NCBI GenBank assembly: GCA_038063515.1 | Contig: JBBTUY010000001.1 | Span: forward strand, 74,972 to 138,971 | Origin: Patescibacteria group bacterium | GTDB lineage: Bacteria > Patescibacteriota > Minisyncoccia > Phycocordibacterales > UBA9973 | Direction of reading: 5' to 3' | DNA length: 64,000 bases | Part shown: piece by piece, positions 1 to 9,598 of the stretch | How positions within the stretch are numbered: the first letter of the stretch is position 1 | How the letters are laid out: each line of letters opens with the position of its first letter | Translations under genes and position numbers: made by a program | Notes under the pieces: generated by a model | Database searches by the model: none | What the model was told of the DNA's origin: nothing | Seen by the model: the letters and a program-made list of their open reading frames with translations, nothing else

Positions 1-1
1 A

Positions 2-130
2 ATGGAAGGTCACCATCCTGATATTCATGTGTATTACAACAAAGTTATATTAGAGCTCACTACTCACTCGATAGGCGGTCTATCAGAGAATGATTTTATT
101 CTCGCAGCAAAGATACAGGATTATAGGTAA
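2..130 (+). CDS. phhB: Pterin-4-alpha-carbinolamine dehydratase, C-terminal part (truncated by window edge)
   Basis: Manual translation [37 protein letters not shown] has the HHP and TH-x2-GGLS-x2-DF motifs of the PCD family; not in ORF track. Confidence 0.85.
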   Translation: MEGHHPDIHVYYNKVILELTTHSIGGLSENDFILAAKIQDYR

Positions 131-142
131 GTATTTTTTTAG

Positions 143-2650
143 TTATAAATTTTTTAAGAATTTCTCAATTTTCTTTTCGTCTCTTTTTCGCCAGAAGATA
201 TTGTTTTCTAGGCGTTCCAAAACCTGTTCTACGCTACGTTTAGCTCCTGGGGCATCGTGAGTCTTAAAGAATGTTTTGAAAAATTTAAGATGTTTTTCTT
301 CGGCACTATTGCTTATAGCTTTTATCAGTCTTCCTAAAGTATGTCCACCTTCACCATAATCTGATACTAACTTCTTCCAATTATTTTTTACAAAAGTAAT
401 CCAAACATCTCGTCCTTCTGTATTCATTCCTATGCTAGAGATGATACCCACTCTGTCTTGAGTGCGTACATGATCTGAAATAGAGAAAAGAGAAGCAAGT
501 TTTAGTATATTTTTATCTTTAAAGTCACCAAGTGCAGCACCTATACGATTCTTCTCTTCATGTAAGGTTTCTTTTTTATATAAAATAATTAATTTATTGT
601 ATTCTTTTGTCGTACCATATTTTGCAGTTATAGAATAAATTAAACCTCGTATATCAGGAGATACATGCTTACCTTTTTCTATAGCTTGAAAGTTCTTTTT
701 TATTTCTTGTATTACTTTTTGATCTCCTGCATGTGCGAGCTTGGATATGACAAGAGAGCGTAGGAGTGTGTCTGCATGCTTTTCATCCTTAATTTTTTCA
801 AAACCAAGATTTTTAAAAGTAGGGGAGAATAGATCAATTATTATTTTATTTAATTCATTTTGTATTTTTTTATTTTTCCCAAAGATATGTTCAAGTCGAG
901 ATATACCCATAGCTATTTCAAGCCATACTGTGTAGTTGTCCTCATTTTTATATGCAGACATAAATTCCAATGCGTCGGTGGTAGCAATATCACCAGATTC
1001 TGAAAGTGCAAATAAATCTCTTATAATTCCGAGTCTGTCTATGGGCGATAGTGTTTTTTCTTGTACTGGTAGTTCTAATTTTTCTAAAAGATCTTTTGAA
1101 TATGCTGTCCTATAAAAGCCTGTTTCACCGACATTTACTTTAAGGTATGTATCATTGATAAATGTTAGGGGGACTATCCATGTAGGTTTATTTTTTGTTT
1201 TATTTTTTGAAATAGGGCTTGTGAAAAATCTTTTTTGTGAAAAATGTAATTTTCCTTTTTCAGTATTTACTGAAATAACAGGATATCCTGGTTTGGAAGT
1301 CCAATTATGCATCATTTCACTTATTTTTATCTTTGAAACTTTTTCAAAAGCTTCCCACAAGTGAATAGTCTCAGTATTTCTGTAACTATGCTTTTTTAAA
1401 TAATATCGAAGTCCGTCTCTAAAATCTTTTTCACCGAGATGGTTTGCAAGCATGCGTATTACTGATGCTCCTTTTGAATAAGACACCTCATCAAATATTT
1501 CCCCTATTTCATCGGGGTGATGCACTTTCACTTCTATGGGATGAGTGTTTTCTAATCCATCGAGTTTTAAAGCTACACCTATGTCATTTGTAGCAAATTG
1601 TGTCCATATGTCCCATGTTGGAAAAAGCTTGTCTACTGCTAGGTATTCTATATATGAAGCAAAACCTTCGTTTAGCCACAAGTGTGTCCACCATTCCATG
1701 GTGACGAGGTTCCCAAACCATTGATGCGCGAGTTCATGAGCTATCACGAGAGCCACCCATTGCTTATTAGAAAGTGAAGAATGCTCTTCATCTACAAGTA
1801 TCGCACTTTCTCGGTATGTTACGAGACCCCAGTTTTCCATGGCTCCTGAGGCAAAGTCTGGTATGGCGACCATATCGAGAGTATTTAACGGGTATTTTAT
1901 ATTAAAATACTCCTCGTAGAATTCTAAGGTTTTAACTGTTACATTTAATGCAAATTTTGCTTGGTGTTTTTTGCCTGGGGTAGTGTGTACCCGTACAAGC
2001 ACATCATTTTTAGTTTTTGCTTCTAAGTATTCAAAATCTCCGACAATAAAAGCAAGAAGGTAAGTAGACATGATAGGCGTCGGAGCAAATTTTACAATCT
2101 CGTATCCTGCTTCGTGTTCGTCTATTGAAATAGGGAGAGTGTTTGATATAGCATTTTTGCCTTTTGGAACTACAAGAGACACATGAAATACTGCTTTGTG
2201 TGCTGGTTCATCAAAGCAGGGAAATGCTCTACGTGCATCTGTGGCCTCAAATTGTGTGGTAGCCATATGGTGCTCTTTGCCATCTATCTGATACTTACTT
2301 CTATAGAAGCCACGCATCTTGTCATTTAATATTCCTTTAAATACTATATGTAATTTTATTTTACCCTCAAGATATTTTGAGAATTTGAAAATTACATTTT
2401 CACTTTTTTCATTATAAGAGATTTGGGCGAAAACTTTCTCAGTGCCGAGCTTCACACTTGCTGTCTCTATGTCTAGCTCTTTTGAGTGCAGTGTGAGTAT
2501 TTTAGTTTTTTTACTCATAGTGAGTGTTATTGTCTCTACTCCTTCAAATGTAAAATTTTTCAGATCAGGGTGTAGTTGTATATCATATTCCTTCGGTATT
2601 ACGTATTTCGAAAGTCTTATGTTTTGCTTCATTTCTTTTTTCTTTTGCAT
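143..2650 (-). CDS. pepN: M1 family aminopeptidase (aminopeptidase N / puromycin-sensitive type)
   Basis: GAMENWGL and HELAHQW-x-E zinc motifs; ATG at 2650 preferred over 2722 (avoids scpA overlap, TATACT just upstream). Confidence 0.93.
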   Translation of the reverse strand: MQKKKEMKQNIRLSKYVIPKEYDIQLHPDLKNFTFEGVETITLTMSKKTKILTLHSKELDIETASVKLGTEKVFAQISYNEKSENVIFKFSKYLEGKIKLHIVFKGILNDKMRGFYRSKYQIDGKEHHMATTQFEATDARRAFPCFDEPAHKAVFHVSLVVPKGKNAISNTLPISIDEHEAGYEIVKFAPTPIMSTYLLAFIVGDFEYLEAKTKNDVLVRVHTTPGKKHQAKFALNVTVKTLEFYEEYFNIKYPLNTLDMVAIPDFASGAMENWGLVTYRESAILVDEEHSSLSNKQWVALVIAHELAHQWFGNLVTMEWWTHLWLNEGFASYIEYLAVDKLFPTWDIWTQFATNDIGVALKLDGLENTHPIEVKVHHPDEIGEIFDEVSYSKGASVIRMLANHLGEKDFRDGLRYYLKKHSYRNTETIHLWEAFEKVSKIKISEMMHNWTSKPGYPVISVNTEKGKLHFSQKRFFTSPISKNKTKNKPTWIVPLTFINDTYLKVNVGETGFYRTAYSKDLLEKLELPVQEKTLSPIDRLGIIRDLFALSESGDIATTDALEFMSAYKNEDNYTVWLEIAMGISRLEHIFGKNKKIQNELNKIIIDLFSPTFKNLGFEKIKDEKHADTLLRSLVISKLAHAGDQKVIQEIKKNFQAIEKGKHVSPDIRGLIYSITAKYGTTKEYNKLIILYKKETLHEEKNRIGAALGDFKDKNILKLASLFSISDHVRTQDRVGIISSIGMNTEGRDVWITFVKNNWKKLVSDYGEGGHTLGRLIKAISNSAEEKHLKFFKTFFKTHDAPGAKRSVEQVLERLENNIFWRKRDEKKIEKFLKNL

Positions 2651-2695
2651 GAATTTCAGTATATCTTTTTTTGAGAAAAATGCTAATATTAGCTT

Positions 2696-3442
2696 ATGGA
2701 TACTGATATTTACCAAATACAAACAGAAGCTTTCAAGGGTCCTTTCGGGCTTCTGCTAGAGCTTGTAGAGAAAAAGAAGCTTTTTATAAATGATGTATCA
2801 TTGGCTTGTGTTACAGAAGATTACTTGAAATATGTAAATAGTTTAACTAATTTAAAAAGTGAAGAAATCTCTAGCTTTATACTGGTAGCCTCAACTCTCA
2901 TTTTGATTAAATCCAAATCTCTTTTACCTAATTTAGATTTAACTACCGAAGAGAAGAGTGACATTTCTTCCCTAGAAGAGAGACTTCGTCTGTACGAACT
3001 TTTCACAAGATTAGGTGTAAATGTAAAAGAGAACTTTGGGCAGAAGATAATATTTGCACCACAAGAGAGAAAAAATAATGCTTTAATTTTCCTACCTGAC
3101 AATCAAATAAGCAAAGACTCAATGATGACCTTTGCTCAAAATGCATTAGGACGAATTCCAAAAAAGGTTTTCTTGCCAGAGGTAGAAGTCAAAAAAGTTA
3201 TAAGCATAGAAGAGATGATAGATAAATTGACCGACAGAATACAGAATTCTATGAAGATGAATTTTCGAGAGTTTAGCGGACATACAGGAGGGGCTGTAAC
3301 TCGAGAGGAAAAGGTTCTTGTTATTGTTGGATTTCTTGCTATGCTTGAACTTGTAAGAAATGGTATATTAAATGCCATACAAGACACCAATAGCTCAGAT
3401 ATTTTAATTGAAAAACAAGAAGTTTTAACAGACAGTGTGTAA
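2696..3442 (+). CDS. scpA: Segregation and condensation protein A
   Basis: FKGPFGLLLELV N-terminus, FLAMLELV C-terminus, adjacent to scpB. Confidence 0.92.
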   Translation: MDTDIYQIQTEAFKGPFGLLLELVEKKKLFINDVSLACVTEDYLKYVNSLTNLKSEEISSFILVASTLILIKSKSLLPNLDLTTEEKSDISSLEERLRLYELFTRLGVNVKENFGQKIIFAPQERKNNALIFLPDNQISKDSMMTFAQNALGRIPKKVFLPEVEVKKVISIEEMIDKLTDRIQNSMKMNFREFSGHTGGAVTREEKVLVIVGFLAMLELVRNGILNAIQDTNSSDILIEKQEVLTDSV

Positions 3443-3451
3443 AATATATTT

Positions 3452-4006
3452 ATGAACATAGAACAAAAAATAGAAGCAGTACTTTTTTGGAAAGGTGAAC
3501 CAGTGCAAAAGAAAAAGCTTGCAGATATTCTACACATTTCAATAGATGAGATAAATGAAGGCCTTAGTAAATTAAAAGAATCTTTGGCTGGTAGGGGAAT
3601 AGTTTTGCAAGAAAACGGAGATGAAGTAACTCTCGGCACTCCTCCCGAGCTTACAGAGCTTTTTGAAAATTTACAAAAAGAAGAATTAAACAAAGATCTC
3701 TCAAAAGCAAGCTTAGAAACTTTGTCTATTATTCTTTATAAAAATGGAGCGACAAGAGCCGAGATAGACTACATCAGAGGCGTAAATTCAAGTTTTACCC
3801 TGAGAGCACTTTCTATACGTGGACTTGTCGAAAAAGTAGCAGATACTAAAGACAGTAGAAGATTTATATACAAGCCGACTTTTGACTTACTTTCTTTCAT
3901 GGGTGTAGAAAAAGTGGAAGACCTTCCAAACTATGAAGATATAAAAAACGGAGTTGAAACCGCCGCTAAAAATTTAGAAGAGGAGAATAAAGAAATAGAA
4001 AAATAA
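3452..4006 (+). CDS. scpB: Segregation and condensation protein B
   Basis: IEAVLF, LSKASLETLSIILY and TRAEIDYIRGVNS motifs. Confidence 0.95.
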   Translation: MNIEQKIEAVLFWKGEPVQKKKLADILHISIDEINEGLSKLKESLAGRGIVLQENGDEVTLGTPPELTELFENLQKEELNKDLSKASLETLSIILYKNGATRAEIDYIRGVNSSFTLRALSIRGLVEKVADTKDSRRFIYKPTFDLLSFMGVEKVEDLPNYEDIKNGVETAAKNLEEENKEIEK

Positions 4007-4013
4007 TTCTTTA

Positions 4014-4838
4014 TTATAAACACTCTGGATTAATACTAAGAGCGTATTGATTTACTAGGTCTTGTTCTAATACATACTTATCTCCTATAAATCCGTAGAT
4101 ATCTTCTTTGGTGACGAGTCTTCTGTATTCTTCTGTAAAAGTTTTAGATAGTGGTGTGTAAGACCAGTGCCACCTCTCCTCGTTGTATCCTGTCCTTTTA
4201 TCTATATCTTTATTTCTGTATGTTTGGCAGAAGCCAAAAGTTCCTGCATTTTTTGCAAGCCACTGATATTCTCGGATGCCTTTAATGGAATTGAAATATG
4301 CCAAGTTTGCACCGTTTATATCTATCTCTGTGCCCCAGTGATGTCTCGAAGTTCCAGGTACAGATACATACTCTAAGATTTTCTTAAACCTATTAAAATT
4401 CTCAGTATTTTTTTCGATAGCATCTATCTCTGTATTTGTAGACCATTTACCATTCCAGAATTCTCTTTGATATTCAAAGTTTCTTGTGGCTGAAGATATT
4501 TTAATTTGAACCCCCTCTCTCTGTGCCGCTTCTTGCATTTTGAGATACGCATTTAAAGTTTCTTTTCTTAAATACATTTTACCATTGTTGTAGAGTGAAT
4601 ATTTTTCTGGCACAACAACAAAATCCTCTCTTGTACTTGGATCAAATTTACCCATCAGGTATACTTTCATCTCAGCATCTTTTCGTAGCTGTTCTTGCTT
4701 TATAAGTTCATTTCTCTTTTTTTGTTCTGTTGCAAGTAGGGAAGAGTAGATGATAAGCATTGTGAAGAAAATGACAATACATACAGGCAATGCACATTTC
4801 AAAATATCTTTATCAGTGATTTTTCGTAGTAAATCCAT
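4014..4838 (-). CDS. Membrane-anchored D-Ala-D-Ala carboxypeptidase, VanY/M15B family
   Basis: N-terminal TM helix; SATR, PGTSRHHWGTEID and EERWHWSY zinc motifs; ATG 4838 lies 7 nt after a TGn-TATTGT box. Confidence 0.88.
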   Translation of the reverse strand: MDLLRKITDKDILKCALPVCIVIFFTMLIIYSSLLATEQKKRNELIKQEQLRKDAEMKVYLMGKFDPSTREDFVVVPEKYSLYNNGKMYLRKETLNAYLKMQEAAQREGVQIKISSATRNFEYQREFWNGKWSTNTEIDAIEKNTENFNRFKKILEYVSVPGTSRHHWGTEIDINGANLAYFNSIKGIREYQWLAKNAGTFGFCQTYRNKDIDKRTGYNEERWHWSYTPLSKTFTEEYRRLVTKEDIYGFIGDKYVLEQDLVNQYALSINPECL

Positions 4839-4981
4839 TGCCAAACAATAGCATATAGAAGGACTTAAATCAAAAAATGTGTTGCTTATTGCAAAAATCT
4901 GTATCCTTATAGGCTTTCTTCATTGACTTTTCATTTTCAACCTATATCATAAGAGCATATTAGAAATATTTTTTTGCAAAA

Positions 4982-7387
4982 ATGATACAAAATAACAAGA
5001 TAAAAGTTGCAGTATTGTGTGGAGGACCTTCTCTTGAGCGAGGGATATCGCTCAATTCTGCTCGTAGTGTCTTAGATCATCTTGGTAGTCAGAATGTAGA
5101 CATCGTGCCTATATATTTTAACGAAAAGAAAAAAGCCTACCTTATATCTCGTTCACAGCTTTACTCTAATACTCCAAGTGATTTTGATTTTAAGTTGGGT
5201 GGTAAAGAAAGAGAGCTTACTGATACTAAGCTTGTTCAAACACTAAGAAATTGTGACATTGTCTTCCCATCTATACACGGAGCATTTGGTGAGGATGGTG
5301 AACTACAATCTTTCTTGGAAAAACACAATATTGATTTTATCGGCTCTTCGTCAAAAGCATGTAAGAAATCTTTTGATAAATACAAAGCAAATAAATACAT
5401 ACGTAGTCTTGGATTTTATACACCGAATTCTATAGTTTTTAAGATAACAGACAGTAAAAAAGATATTAAAAATCAAGTTCAAAATTTCTGGAAAAAAGAG
5501 AAATTAACAAGAGCCGTGGTCAAGCCTGCAAGTGGCGGGTCTAGTGTCGGAGTGTTCTCAGTAGAGAATGTGAGTGATGCCGTAGAAAAGATCGAGAATT
5601 TATTTAGTAAGAGGATGGATACGCGTGTCGTACTCGAGCCTTTTATTGTAGGGCAAGAATTTACAGTGATAATACTTCAAAACAGATTTGACATGCCTGT
5701 GGCGCTCATACCTTCTGAGATCGAAGTTGATTACAGCGAAAACCAGTTTTTTGATTTTCGTAAAAAATACCTACCGACACGCCAAGTGAAGTATTATTGT
5801 CCTCCAAGATTTAATAATGAAATAATTGAAAAAATACAAATAGAGGCCGAACAGCTCTTCTCTGTTTTGGGTATGAGAGATATTGCTCGTTTCGATGGTT
5901 TCTTTTTATCTGATGGAAGTATCTGGTTTTCAGACTTTAACCCTATATCTGGGATGGAACAAAATAGTTTTCTTTTTCAACAATCTTCACGCATAGGATT
6001 TTCACATCAAGATTTCTTTCGTTTTGTGGTGAATAATGCACTCTTGCGACGTGAGATCTCTGTGTCTATTCAAAATATTTTTAAAGATAAGAAGCTCGAC
6101 AAAAATCGTAAAGAAGTCGCTGTTATATTTGGTGGAGAGACTGCCGAGCGACAAGTCTCACTTATGAGTGGCACAAATGTATGGCTAAAACTTCGTGGAT
6201 CTAAGTTATATAAACCAAATCCATATCTACTCACAAAAGATGGAGATCTATGGGAGCTTCCTTATTCATATATTTTAAATCACACAGTAGAAGAGATCGT
6301 AGAGAATGCTGAAAATGCAGAGAAAGATATCAAGCGACTTTTCTTTTTGATCGAGAAAGTTAAGATCAAACTTTTCTTAAACAAGGGTGACACTACTGAA
6401 GAATTTTTCCTACCTAAAAAACACAAACTTCAAGATATTATAAATAAAAATAAATTTATTTTCCTTGCTTTACATGGGGGTGTCGGTGAAGATGGGACAC
6501 TGCAGAAAATTTTAGAAGACAATAAAGTTAAATTTAACGGATCAGATAGCGAGGTCTCAAGATTATGCATGGATAAATGGGAGACAAATGAAAAAATAAA
6601 ACAATTTGAGATAAAAGGTGTAGACGTGGCTTCTCATGCACTTTTTGAGATAAATGATGTGCCGAAGGAATTCGATAAAGATTTAAATGAGACGCACTGG
6701 AGGATGCTCACAGAAAGACTCGGTACAAAGACTATCATCAGCAAACCTCGAGCTGACGGATGCTCTGCGGGAGTGGTGAGACTTTATAATGAAAAAGATC
6801 TAGCTACATATATCTCTCTCGTACAAAATAAAATAGGAGTTGCGAAACCACATACATTTACTAATCAACTACATTCTATAGACATGCCGGAAGGTAGCGT
6901 GCGAGATATAATCTTCGAATCATTTATCGAAACAGATAAATTAAAAGTGCAAAAAGGAAAAATTGTCTACACTCCAAAAAGTGGTTATGTGGAAATGACA
7001 GTCGGGGTATTAGAAGAAGATGGAAAGATAAAATCTCTATCTCCGAGCATAACTGTTGCCGAGGACGCAATACTCTCCGTAGAGGAAAAATTCCAAGGTG
7101 GTACAGGGGTGAATATAACTCCTCCATCAGCTACTCTAGTCTCAACTAAAAATTTAAATAAAATTAAATCATCTATAGAAAAAGTAGCACGAGATATTGG
7201 TATCAAGGGGTATGCAAGGATAGATATATTTGCTCATGTTAAAACAGGGAACATCATAGTGATAGAGATAAACACATTACCAGGTCTTACTCCATCGACT
7301 GTGATATATCATCAAGCACTAGCTGAAGAAAAATCTATTTTTCCGAAAGAGTTTTTAGAAAGAATAATTAAAAACAAAGGTTACTAA
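4982..7387 (+). CDS. ddl: Tandem two-domain D-alanine--D-alanine ligase
   Basis: Two Ddl modules: GGPSLERGISL..HGAFGEDG..KPASGGSSVG and GGETAERQVSL..HGGVGEDG..EINTLPG; next to alr. Confidence 0.9.
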   Translation: MIQNNKIKVAVLCGGPSLERGISLNSARSVLDHLGSQNVDIVPIYFNEKKKAYLISRSQLYSNTPSDFDFKLGGKERELTDTKLVQTLRNCDIVFPSIHGAFGEDGELQSFLEKHNIDFIGSSSKACKKSFDKYKANKYIRSLGFYTPNSIVFKITDSKKDIKNQVQNFWKKEKLTRAVVKPASGGSSVGVFSVENVSDAVEKIENLFSKRMDTRVVLEPFIVGQEFTVIILQNRFDMPVALIPSEIEVDYSENQFFDFRKKYLPTRQVKYYCPPRFNNEIIEKIQIEAEQLFSVLGMRDIARFDGFFLSDGSIWFSDFNPISGMEQNSFLFQQSSRIGFSHQDFFRFVVNNALLRREISVSIQNIFKDKKLDKNRKEVAVIFGGETAERQVSLMSGTNVWLKLRGSKLYKPNPYLLTKDGDLWELPYSYILNHTVEEIVENAENAEKDIKRLFFLIEKVKIKLFLNKGDTTEEFFLPKKHKLQDIINKNKFIFLALHGGVGEDGTLQKILEDNKVKFNGSDSEVSRLCMDKWETNEKIKQFEIKGVDVASHALFEINDVPKEFDKDLNETHWRMLTERLGTKTIISKPRADGCSAGVVRLYNEKDLATYISLVQNKIGVAKPHTFTNQLHSIDMPEGSVRDIIFESFIETDKLKVQKGKIVYTPKSGYVEMTVGVLEEDGKIKSLSPSITVAEDAILSVEEKFQGGTGVNITPPSATLVSTKNLNKIKSSIEKVARDIGIKGYARIDIFAHVKTGNIIVIEINTLPGLTPSTVIYHQALAEEKSIFPKEFLERIIKNKGY

Positions 7388-7388
7388 T

Positions 7389-8564
7389 ATGAAGCTTTCA
7401 CAAGAAGAAAAAACAAAACTACGTACTTGGGTAGAAATAGATAGAGATGCAGTAAAAGCAAATTATAAAACTTTTAAAAATATCGTTGGTGATCGTATTT
7501 TAATGGCTGTGGTCAAATCTAATGCATATGGTTGTGGGCTCGTACTTTTTTCGAAAGAGCTTGTGAAAAATGGGGTAAATTTTTTTGGAGTCGACTCATT
7601 TGATGAAGCACTTGAATTAAGAGATGCAGGAATAAAAGTGAAAATACTTGTGCTCGGATATGTATCACCCCTGTATTATAAAGAAGCAATACAAAAAGAT
7701 ATTTCGCTTACTATATCAAATTTTACAACTTTAGAAGCTCTTCGTAAAATTAAAATAAATAAAAAATTAAATATACACATAAAGGTTGATACGGGTCTCG
7801 GGAGACAAGGCTTTTTTATAAAAGATATAAAGAAAGTTTTAAAAATATTAAAATCAGTTCAGAAAAATGTACAAGTGGAAGGTCTATATAGTCATCTGGC
7901 TATGGGTGAGGATTTGAGTAAAGAGGCACGAGAGTACACAGAGCATCAAGTGAACGAGCTAAATACATGGTACGAAGAATTTATAAAAGAAAAATATAAA
8001 CCTTTAAAACACATTTGTGCATCTGCGGCGACAATGTTCTACCTAGAGTATCATTTTGATATGGTGCGTGTCGGTATTGGTATGTACGGCTTATGGTCTT
8101 CAAAAGAAACAAAATTTGCCATGGAGAAGAAGTATCCGCTCTATCCAGTACTTTCTTGGAAAGCTATCATCACAGAAGTAAAAATTTTTCCAAAAGGTAT
8201 AAGTATTGGCTATGATCTCACAGAGAAATTAAAACGTAACTCAAAATTAGCAATTATTGCTGTTGGTTACTGGCATGGATATCCTCGAGTACTTTCACGA
8301 AAAGGAACTTTTAACGTACAAGGTAAAAAAGTGAAAATAATAGGATCTGTCTGCATGGATATGATAGTTTTAGATGTTACAGGATTGCCAGTAAAAGTCG
8401 GCTCTGAGGTTGCAATTATTGGAGGGGATTATGGGCATTATGCTGAGGTGGACGTCATGGCACAGGATTCTGATACTATAAACTATGAGATAAATACAAG
8501 AATTAACCCTATTATTAAACGCTTTTATCGTATCAACCCTCTGATTAAACGTTTTTTGAAATAG
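7389..8564 (+). CDS. alr: Alanine racemase
   Basis: MAVVKSNAYG PLP-lysine motif, HIKVDTGLGRQG, IGSVCMDM. Confidence 0.95.
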   Translation: MKLSQEEKTKLRTWVEIDRDAVKANYKTFKNIVGDRILMAVVKSNAYGCGLVLFSKELVKNGVNFFGVDSFDEALELRDAGIKVKILVLGYVSPLYYKEAIQKDISLTISNFTTLEALRKIKINKKLNIHIKVDTGLGRQGFFIKDIKKVLKILKSVQKNVQVEGLYSHLAMGEDLSKEAREYTEHQVNELNTWYEEFIKEKYKPLKHICASAATMFYLEYHFDMVRVGIGMYGLWSSKETKFAMEKKYPLYPVLSWKAIITEVKIFPKGISIGYDLTEKLKRNSKLAIIAVGYWHGYPRVLSRKGTFNVQGKKVKIIGSVCMDMIVLDVTGLPVKVGSEVAIIGGDYGHYAEVDVMAQDSDTINYEINTRINPIIKRFYRINPLIKRFLK

Positions 8565-8565
8565 C

Positions 8566-8594
8566 TTGCTTTTTAGTCAATTTTCTGATATTAT
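8566..8594 (+). promoter_or_regulatory. sigma70-type promoter of rpmG (leaderless)
   Basis: TTGCTT (8566-8571), 17 nt, TGn-TATTAT (8589-8594); ATG 7 nt downstream. Confidence 0.6.
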
Positions 8595-8600
8595 ATAAAT

Positions 8601-8765
8601 ATGTCACAAGATAGACTTATAAAATTTGCTTGCAGTATTTGTAAGCGTATAAACTACTGGTCCAGTAAAAATAAAAAGCTTGTAGTAAAGAAAATTGAGC
8701 TTAAAAAATATTGCAAATGGTGCAAGAAAAAAACTAAGCATAAGGAAGCTAAAATAACTGGTTAA
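8601..8765 (+). CDS. rpmG: 50S ribosomal protein L33 (Zn-ribbon type), 54 aa
   Basis: Manual translation MSQDRLIKFACSICKRINYWSSKNKKLVVKKIELKKYCKWCKKKTKHKEAKITG; below ORF-track cutoff. Confidence 0.95.
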   Translation: MSQDRLIKFACSICKRINYWSSKNKKLVVKKIELKKYCKWCKKKTKHKEAKITG

Positions 8766-8777
8766 ATAAATATTTTC

Positions 8778-8812
8778 AAGAAAACCCTCTTAGATAAGAG
8801 GGTTTTCTTTTT
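8778..8812 (+). terminator. Intrinsic terminator after rpmG
   Basis: Inverted repeat AAGAAAACCCTCTTA / TAAGAGGGTTTTCTT followed by T run. Confidence 0.85.
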
Positions 8813-8861
8813 GTCTTTAATATCGTATACTGGTTTAGTAACCTAATATATAGGTTCTTTT

Positions 8862-9518
8862 ATGAAAAAAGATTTAGAAATTAAAACAAAAAAATTAAGA
8901 ATACAAGGGTATTCAATTAAAGAACTTCATAAAATAATAGGAGTTTCTAAAAGTACTATCTCGAGATGGATACAAAATGTTCCACTTTCAGATAAAGCTA
9001 TGCATCGTATACAACAAAATTATACAAATGGTCAATTAGCATCTCAAAAAACGATAAAAGAAAAAACTCGACAGAAAAATCTGGAGGCAGATAATTTTGC
9101 AATTAATATAATTAATAAAGTTAATTTAACTTCAGAGATTTCATTATCTTTATGTGCATTAATATATCAATGCGAAGGTAGTAAAAATATTAAAGAGTCT
9201 ATTACATTTACTAACTCTGATCCTGTTTTAATAAAAACTTTTCTATATTTATTTCGAAATAGTTTTACTATAAATGAAAATAAATTAAAAGTTTTAATGC
9301 ATTTACATGATTATCACAATGAAGAAGAGCAAAAAGAATTTTGGTTTAAAGTCACGAAAATACCTAAAAATCAATTTTACAGAAGTTATTTAAAAAAAAC
9401 TGATCATAAGTATAAAAAAGAAGGATATCAAGGCTGTGTACAAATACGTTATAATGATGTTGTGATAGGTAGAAAAATTAATTCAGTTGCAAAATTATTT
9501 ATGGAAAGGTATAAATAA
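8862..9518 (+). CDS. HTH + LAGLIDADG-like domain protein, tRNA-adjacent
   Basis: N-terminal HTH (GYSIKELHKIIGVSKSTISRW); LCALIYQCEGSK and FTNSDPVLIKTF resemble a single LAGLIDADG module. Confidence 0.7.
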   Translation: MKKDLEIKTKKLRIQGYSIKELHKIIGVSKSTISRWIQNVPLSDKAMHRIQQNYTNGQLASQKTIKEKTRQKNLEADNFAINIINKVNLTSEISLSLCALIYQCEGSKNIKESITFTNSDPVLIKTFLYLFRNSFTINENKLKVLMHLHDYHNEEEQKEFWFKVTKIPKNQFYRSYLKKTDHKYKKEGYQGCVQIRYNDVVIGRKINSVAKLFMERYK

Positions 9519-9524
9519 CATCAT

Positions 9525-9598
9525 GGGCCTATAGTTCAGAGGTAGAATATCTCTCTCCAAAAGAGCAGACCGAGGTTCGATTCCTCGTGGGCCCGCCA
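9525..9598 (+). tRNA. trnW: tRNA-Trp (CCA), encoded 3' CCA
   Basis: Cloverleaf GGGCCTA...TGGGCCC-G-CCA, anticodon loop CTCCAAA, T-arm CGAGG TTCGATT CCTCG. Confidence 0.93.

Noticed and set aside
4014-8564. Vancomycin-resistance (van) cluster
   Set aside because: No vanH, vanX, vanR or vanS; reads as D-Ala metabolism genes.
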